DNA of 64,000 nt from Octopus sinensis (taxonomy: Eukaryota). The DNA lies in the NCBI RefSeq assembly GCF_006345805.1, contig NC_043007.1, forward strand, positions 61,628,001-61,692,000. Reading direction: 5' to 3'. This document shows positions 56,130-64,000 of this stretch, piece after piece. Below the pieces are notes generated by a model, which saw only the letters and a program-made list of their open reading frames with translations, had not been told where the DNA came from and did no database searches. The position numbers and the translations under genes were made by a program. Numbering within the stretch: position 1 is the stretch's first letter; each line of letters begins with the position of its first letter.

Positions 56130-58290
56130 CTGTAACTTTATTAAAATATCGAAAATTAACCTTCTTCCCAACTCTATAAAGAAAAACGAAAACGTGAATG
56201 ATATAGGACCAGCTAGCAACATTCCAACAGATTCCAGTGCCTACTGAAATTTTCCGAGAAAAAATAACTTTGGCTTTGAAGTACTCTCTCGAGGAGAGAG
56301 TATCCTCTACCAAAGTAAGTAAAAAACCACCAGATACGGTATTAAAAGCTGTTAACGAAATTGGTAATGAGAATTTACAACACTGTGATGAACCCACATA
56401 GTGGCAGATTAACGCCTGTCTATATTCACTGGCTACTGCTGTAAAACTGTATATGAATGACTTTCAAAAAGTAAACAAATCCGAAACAACAAACAAAGTA
56501 CCATCATGGGTTTTGAAGACAGAAAAAAATGATAGCTGGTTTACGGAAGACCATCAGTCATGTAATGATGCTTATTGAGTGCAAACAAGCAAATCACTAT
56601 ACATCCCACCATCAGAAAGTAAAGGAGATAGAAATGATGTTTGGAAACCACAAAAAGAGGACATTCACTTGCAAATTGATTACCCCTAAGCAGGAGCTGA
56701 AAGATATCCGTGAGAAAACTCCGACATCAAAAGAGAATAACCGAGAGAAGAAAAATAAACAAAAACTTCAACCGCAACCAGGCAGTAGAATACAGAAACA
56801 TGAGAGGAGGAGCAGTGAACATCACGGAAGCGCCTTCTTGAGAAAACATAGACTCCTTCTAAAGGAAAATCTGGAGTGAAGCGAGGGAGTTTAACCAAGA
56901 TGCTCTGTGGTTGGAAGATATCTGAAGTTATTGCTCCTGCGTTACATCTAAGACATACAACATTGATGGTGCAACTCTTGCAACTGTGACCCAGAAACTC
57001 CAGGATGGAAAAGCACCTGGAAGAGACTTGATTGTTGGATATTGGTACAAGAAGCTAACATTCTACGGACCATATCTTATCAATATGTACCACCAAGATC
57101 TCATCGGGAACAGAGCATACCACATTGGTTAACTCTGGCAGAGACAAAACTGATCCCCAAATGCAGAACCATCCACATGGCAAAAAGCCACCGGCTAGTT
57201 GCATGCCAGAACTTAATGTATAAGATATATACAACATGTTTAAACCTCTTCCTCCAGGACCATTGTAAAACCGATAACATTATCACAGCAGAACAAGCAG
57301 CTTGGAAGAAGGAAGTCTGCGGATGTACCAAGCAATTGCTAATCAACAAAACTGTGATGTCGGAAGTGGGAGAGCATAGGAGGAACCTATTTTCAATGTG
57401 GCTAGACTACAAGAAAGCTTTTGATTCTATTCCCCACTCATGGATGCTAGAAGTCCGTCAGCTTGCTAAAGTTCCAGTGAGCATCGTCAAAGCAATAGCT
57501 GACCTGACTTCATCGTGGGCCACCATCTTGAAATTAAACACAAAGAGTGATTGTATTATCACTGATAGAATACAGCATCGCAAATGCATATTCCAAGGAG
57601 ACAACATCCCTGTGATGTTATTTATACTTTCTGTAAATCCCTTGTCATTCACGTAAAGGAAGTCTGAAGGATATCTCACTGGTTCACAAGGAAACAGAAA
57701 TACAAACATTACACACTGTTTCTTTGTGGATGACTTAAAACTTCATGCAAAGACTATGCATTAAATGAAAAAGAGCCTTGACCTGGTTACAACATTCTCA
57801 AAGGATGTAGGGTTGGAGTTTGGTTAGGATAAATGTTGTTATATGGTTGTGAAAAGGGGGAAAAAACTATAAACCAGACTAGTAACATCTCCATCAATAA
57901 TTTTACTGTTTCCCTTGTATCTGACGAGGAATGTTACAGGTATCTAGGAGTGGATGAAAATATATCTTACAATGGCTCCTGTAACAAAACATGTGTCACT
58001 AAAGAATATTACAGAAGAATAAAACAGTGGCCCAAAATGTGTTTGCAGTGTCAGTACTCATACCAACATTTGGGCTGTTTGATTGGACGCTTGATGAGAT
58101 CCGAGCCATTGATGTGAAAACCCGAAAAATACTAACAAGCACACAATTTCCACATAAACAATGACGTAGACCACCTCTACCTAAAACGAAAACAAGGTAG
58201 CAGAGGCTTAATATCAATCTGAAATGCCTTTGAATATCGAGTCATATCCCTTCGGCAACATTTTTAACTACCAAGTATCAAGCATCCCTT
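56130..58290 (+). mobile_element. Dong/R4-type LINE, RT region, decayed and 3'-truncated
   Basis: KAPGRDLIVGYWYK, QLLINK...WLDYKKAFDSIPHSWM...IFQGD...LFILSVNPLS, FFVDDLKL, YRYLGVDE. Confidence 0.85.
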
Positions 58291-58291
58291 G

Positions 58292-58326
<35 letters not shown>

Positions 58327-58679
58327 CACTTCATACCTACATTTATACATACATGCCTACATGCATGTATGTGTGTGTGCGCACGCATGCAATTTTAATG
58401 ACATTATCTTATATTCTTGTGGTCGTGTCAACCCTTAATTACAGAGTTACTAAACGAAAAATGAGAACCGAAAGAAAGAACGAGTGAGAAAGTTACGGAT
58501 GTCTCCCTTCTTCTGTGATCATTCATATCGCATCCAATCCCTCCCTAGAACCCAGAAAAACGACTCGTTTTGTCCTTCCTCCACCAGAACGTTGGGTCTT
58601 CGAGAACTCTTTGCATCCGTAACTCGTGCCTATCCTGTGCGTCGACTTACTATATATTGAGCGGGGTTTCGTTTACAGT

Positions 58680-59016
58680 TGGTGGTTCTCAACCGTAGTC
58701 CAGATGACCCTTGAGGGTCCATAGATTTTGGAGGTCCACGCGGCAAAATAGTAAATTGGGTTAACAGTAGTATTTTAAAGGTAAAAAAAATTGCTTTAGA
58801 TATATGTATTCGTATATATTGCATGAAATATCTGGGTTCTTTTTCTATTATTTTACATAGTTCGACCTACACACGTTAATGTGTAAAAAAAACAAATAGG
58901 AATTTTGAAAGAAGCTTCTTTAAAACTAGTTTTTTAACATCGAATGGCTATTGGGGTCCACCACTATAAAATAATAATCAAAGGCGTCTAGAGACAAAAA
59001 AATGGTTGAGAATCCC
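58680..59016 (+). mobile_element. hAT (Charlie-like) MITE
   Basis: TIRs GTGGTTCTCAACC / GGTTGAGAATCCC with subterminal GGTCCA repeats. Confidence 0.7.
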
Positions 59017-60429
59017 ATACCATCAATCTCAACGGTGTGCGAAAATCTGGCAAACAAATAAAAATAAGTATATGAATGAATGAATGATTTAAGGGCTTGA
59101 CAAAACGAACAAACAGATCGATCTTATTAGCACATAGCCAGCGATAAAAGTCTTAATGACCTTCAATGGCGTCGTTGTTGCTATAGCGACTGAACAACAG
59201 TTATTTCCCTTGCGCTGTTTTTTCATCAAAATACTTCTTGCGAAACAGATTGATTCGTTCCAAGTAAAATAGTTATTCTTTCCATTGAAACTAAATATTT
59301 GCACAATAGATCGAATCTTGTAGTTGCTGTGATTTTTCCTTCGCTTATACTGATTGTCCACTGCTGGATAGAAGGTATTTATAATACGTAAACAGGAGCG
59401 TTGAATGAGGTTTTGTTTTAGTTGTGTTGATAAGACCCACACACACACGCGCACACATATATACACACATGCACACACCACACATAGCTACATATACATT
59501 TGCGTGTCTGTGTGTGCGAGAGTATATTTACACACACACGCACACTACACAAGGAAACGACACCTAATGGAACGTGTTGTTTCTAATGCCCTTAAATTTT
59601 TTTAATGCCTAAATTGACAATTTCGTTATTAGTTTGGGAACTAAAATAACTTAAAAAACTGCTGACAAAAAACAAGTCAAAGTCAACAACACATGTTGAT
59701 ATACATACTTGAATAATTTGAATAACTATTTTTGCATTATTTAAGTGTTCAAAAGGAAAAAAAGGTAACAGATCATTTATTAAAAATGGGAATTTTTCAC
59801 TATACGAATCTTTATTTTCAGCAAAAGCGGTGTACTTTGTTTCTACACACACACACACATACATCTATGTATTTATATGTGTATGTGTACATTGTATGAA
59901 TAATAACAATACTAATGAAATTATTGTAATTATTGCACCACAACTTGTCAAAAGTGCGTATAAAGAATATGCAGTAATATACAAATGTCTGGAAATTGAA
60001 CAGTGTATGAGTCAGATACATGCCTGCATGTGTATGGTGAGGAGAAAATCAGGTGTAGTGTTGGCGAATCTCAGGAAGCATGGAAGTTTTGAAGGATGCA
60101 GTACTCCAACAACTAACAACTGATGCCGGCAGTTTGTTCCATGCTTCAGCATGTACATGTATCTATGAATGTACAGAGATACATACATACAATATCAACA
60201 ACAATAAAATTATTTACAGCTCTATCAACTGCAATTAAATAGGCAACAATTTGATCCCTTTAAAATACCACTGATTTATTTCCAGTATCCAGAATCTATC
60301 AATTCAAATATATTTAATGGACCAGCTATTAATTCCTCGAAACACTATAGGGAATGCCACAAGAATTATCTTCAATCAAATTTTTTTACTGAATGGACCA
60401 ATTATACTGAAGAGTTACATTATGTTGTG

Positions 60430-61085
60430 GAAGCGCGTGGCTTAGTGGTTAGGGTGTCAGCATCATGATTGTAAGATTGTGGTTTCGATTCCTGGACCAG
60501 GCAACGTGTTGTGTTCTTGGGCAAAACACTTCATTTCACATTGCTCCAGTCCACTCAGCTGGCAAAAATAAGTAACGCTGTGATGGACTGGCGTCCCATC
60601 CAGCTGAGGAATACATACGCCATTGAAACCGGGAAACCGGACCCATGAGCCTGGCTAGGCTTTAAAAGGGTGCATTTATTTATTTGTTGTGGTGCACCTG
60701 AGCACTGTATACAATAATTTCATTATTATTATTATGACAATGGTGTAGGGTGCAAAACTAAGTTGGACCTTTTGATATAATACTACAAATACAAGGAGTC
60801 TCATAAAAATTAGACAGATTTTAGCCATTACTAACAATAAAATTCTTTTGAGATATTTCCAAATGATTGCGGCACATGGCATGTGGTTTAGTGGTTAGAG
60901 TGTTGGAACACATGATGGCAAGATTGTGGTTTCAATTTCTGGACTGGGACCAGGTGATGTGTTTCTTAAGCAAACCACTTCATTTCATGTTGCTCCAGTC
61001 CACTCAGCTGACAAATATGACAGGTTGGCAACCTGTACAAGGGTGAATATATACACAACGGAATCTGAAAAACTGACCTTATGAG
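60430..61085 (+). mobile_element. Two tRNA-derived SINE family C copies
   Basis: GTGGCTTAGTGGTTAG...GGTTTCGATTCC heads at ~60437 and ~60883. Confidence 0.8.
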
Positions 61086-61289
61086 TCAAATGAGTGTGTT
61101 AATTTGAGAATATTGTTGGCAATTACAGCTGCAGGTAGCACCAGCAGAAAAATATTTTGGCAAAGACTACAAAGCCCAATAATTCTATCAAAATTAGTCT
61201 GTATTTGGCCTTGGCTATGCTTGATTCAATAACTCAGATGGAAAACACGAATATTCATTTCAATTGTTGATTAGTTTTATATGTATATA

Positions 61290-61444
61290 GGGGCAGGCAT
61301 GGCTGTGTGGTAAGAAACTTGTTTCCCAACCACATGGTTTGAGGTTCAGTCTCACTGCATGGCACCTTGGGCTAGTGCTATAGCCTCGGGCTGACCAAAG
61401 CTTTGTGAGTGGATTTGGTAGACAGAAACTGAAAGAAGCCTGTC

Positions 61445-61498
<54 letters not shown>

Positions 61499-61591
61499 CT
61501 CCGGGCTGAGCAAAGCTTTGTGATTGAATTTGATGGGTAGAAGTTACTGCTGTGTGTGTAGGTGCTTGTGCCTCTCCGAGAGAGAGAGAGG

Positions 61592-61626
<35 letters not shown>

Positions 61627-62050
61627 TATGTGGCTTTGTGTCTGTGTTCGCCATATCCACTGCACCACCTGAAAATCAGTCCTGGTGTGTTTATGTCCCC
61701 CATAACTTAGTGGTTAGGCAAAAGAGACCAATAGAATAAGTACCAAGCTTTAAAAAATAAGTACTGGAGGCAATACGTTCAACTAATATTCTTCAAAGCA
61801 GTACCCAACACGGCCACAGACTAATGACTGAAGCAGGCAAAAAATAAAACATAACATATGATGTTATCTTTTTCCTTTTGATGATGGTGAGGATGACAAT
61901 GATACAACAAACTGCTTTCAGTTTCTGTCAACCAAATTCACTTCCAAGGTTTTGATCATCCTGGGGCAATATAGAAGATACTTCCCTAAAGTGCCACTCT
62001 GTAGGACTGAATCTGAAACCATGTAGTTGGGTAGCAAATTTCGCACCACA
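61290..62050. mobile_element. SINE family B copies (+ at 61290-61850, - at 61910-62050)
   Basis: GGCATGGCTGTGTGGTAAG head and its reverse complement. Confidence 0.8.
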
Positions 62051-62127
62051 TAGATGTTTATATATATTTAAGTGTGTATGCTGTATGTATAAATATTTAT
62101 GTTGTACATATATATGTACATTATCTA

Positions 62128-62196
<69 letters not shown>

Positions 62197-62500
62197 TTAT
62201 CTGTCTGTCTGTCTGTCTGTCTGTCTGTGTATGTGTGTGTGTGATAAACAGATACATTGATATGTTTGAATGTTTACATGATTTTGAGTTCTATCCACTA
62301 TATGTACAGCACGTTGGTCAAGTGTCTTCTTCTATAGCCCTGGGCCAACCAAAGCCCCATCAGTGAATTTGATCAATGGGAGCTGAAAGATCATTGTGCA
62401 TGTATGTTTGTATGAGTATGAATATATGTATATTTATATATATGTGTGTGTGCGTATATATATATAAATATAAATATATGTGTGTATATATATATATATA

Positions 62501-62532
<32 letters not shown>

Positions 62533-62801
62533 GTACTTGCATGAGTATGAATATATGTATATATATATATATGTGTGTGTGTGTGCGTATATATATATAT
62601 AAATATAAATATATGTGTGTGTATATATATATATACATATACATAATATCATCATCATCATCATCGTCGTTTAGCGTCCGTTTTCCATGCTAGCATGGGT
62701 TGGACGGTTCTACTGGGATCTGTGAAGCCAGATATATTATATATATATATATATGTACTTGCATAGCGAGTGACTTGATTTGAGATCGTGTGCTGGAACA
62801 A

Positions 62802-63090
62802 AAACAGTTGCAGAGTGGAAGATGTTTATAAGCCATTTAAGAAACACACAAAATCCGTTAGATTCACTTCAACATTTAAATTTAATTTGTCAAAATATTT
62901 TCGTCACTTTGAGACTGCAACCTGTTCACTGACAAAACTTCGTGCAGCATGAAATTTTGTCAGTGAACAGGTCGCAGTCTCAAAGCGACGAAAATATTTT
63001 GACAAATTAAATTTAGATGTTGAAGTGAATCTAACGGTTTTTGTGTGTTTCTTAAATGGCTTATAAACACCTTCCATGCTGCAATTGTTT
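62802..63090. repeat. Near-perfect palindrome (~144-bp arms, no spacer)
   Basis: Centre CGTGC-A-GCATG at ~62946; arms pair out to AAACAGTTGCAG / CTGCAATTGTTT. Confidence 0.92.
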
Positions 63091-63550
63091 ATATATATAT
63101 ATGTACATATATATTTATATATTCCAAGGATGTAAAAAGTTCAGGAGCTATGTCTGGCCACTTAGAATAAGTGCTCAAAGGTAAGTTTGAGAGTGAATAA
63201 AATAAAATATGTATTCCATATACGTATATATTTCTATGTGTTCTGAGATTAATATTCGTTATGGGTGTTTTATATTGTATATTCATTTATACTAATTTGA
63301 TAGTATATTTACAGGTATGCTGTTGATTATACTTCTGAAACTGCATGTAAACTACATTCATTAGATCGAGTGAGTGTGGTGTGTCTGTTGGTGGGATAGA
63401 GAATGTCTGGGTGTAGTGCAATAACATTCCTTAATGGCTTAGCAACCAAATAAGTAAATTTATACTGAGAACTTGTTTGTTTTGGACATGTGTGTGTGTG
63501 TATACATACATACATACATACATACATACATGCATATTATATATATATAT

Positions 63551-63590
<40 letters not shown>

Positions 63591-63728
63591 ATCATAAGGA
63601 TGTATGCATACATCTACCTGCTAGAAATGAGAGCTAAAACCTTCATCTAATAGCAATATTAATATATATATATAAGAATAAATATATATAAATATTGTGT
63701 GTATATATTATATATATATATATGTATG

Positions 63729-63766
<38 letters not shown>

Positions 63767-63769
63767 AAT

Positions 63770-64000
63770 AGGCCGGGCAAAGTTTAGAGAGCTACCTTTG
63801 TTAGTAACAAAGGGCTTATCCCTCAGAATAAAAGGCAGATTGTATGATACCTGTGTGCAAACAGCCATGCTACACAGCAGTGAGACATGGGTTGTGACTG
63901 CAGAGGACATGCGATGGCTTGAAAGAAATGAAGCTAGTATGTCTCGCTGGATGTGCAATGTCAGTGTATGTTGTAAGTATCTTGAAAGAAAAATTGGCCA
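63770..64000 (+). mobile_element. RTE-clade LINE fragment
   Basis: AKFREL.PLLVTKGLSLRIKGRLYDTCVQTAMLHSSETWVVTAEDMRWLERNEASMSRWMCNVSV. Confidence 0.85.

Noticed and set aside
60430-60510. tRNA gene
   Set aside because: A and B boxes are present, but they continue into a SINE body seen in several copies, with no clean cloverleaf.

Overview
AT-rich, repeat-saturated animal genomic DNA, most likely Octopus or another cephalopod (inferred from the SINE, LINE and microsatellite complement). It is not prokaryotic, so no operons or CRISPR arrays are expected. Two host genes are supported, both encoding secreted chitin-binding type-2 (peritrophin-A/CBM14) proteins, arranged head-to-head about 37 kb apart. 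One is a first coding exon on the minus strand (2941-3190); the rest of that gene is not found and probably lies left of the window. The other is a complete three-exon plus-strand CDS (40368-40641, 46329-46559, 53253-53704; 957 nt, 318 aa) whose middle exon is missing from the ORF track. The remainder is decayed mobile DNA: a tandem pile of Dong/R4-type LINEs in (TAA)n, HERO, Tx1, RTE, CR1 and Penelope-like fragments, Tc1/mariner and hAT relics, LTRs (one with a tRNA-Trp primer-binding site), many tRNA-derived SINEs, foldback palindromes and microsatellites. The most interesting signal is non-coding. A young ~556-nt tandem and inverted repeat at 34141-35717 carries one minimal hammerhead-ribozyme motif per unit (retrozyme-like), and five more canonical or variant hammerhead-like motifs occur elsewhere. 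All family calls come from reading motifs by eye, no searches were run, and repeat boundaries are approximate.
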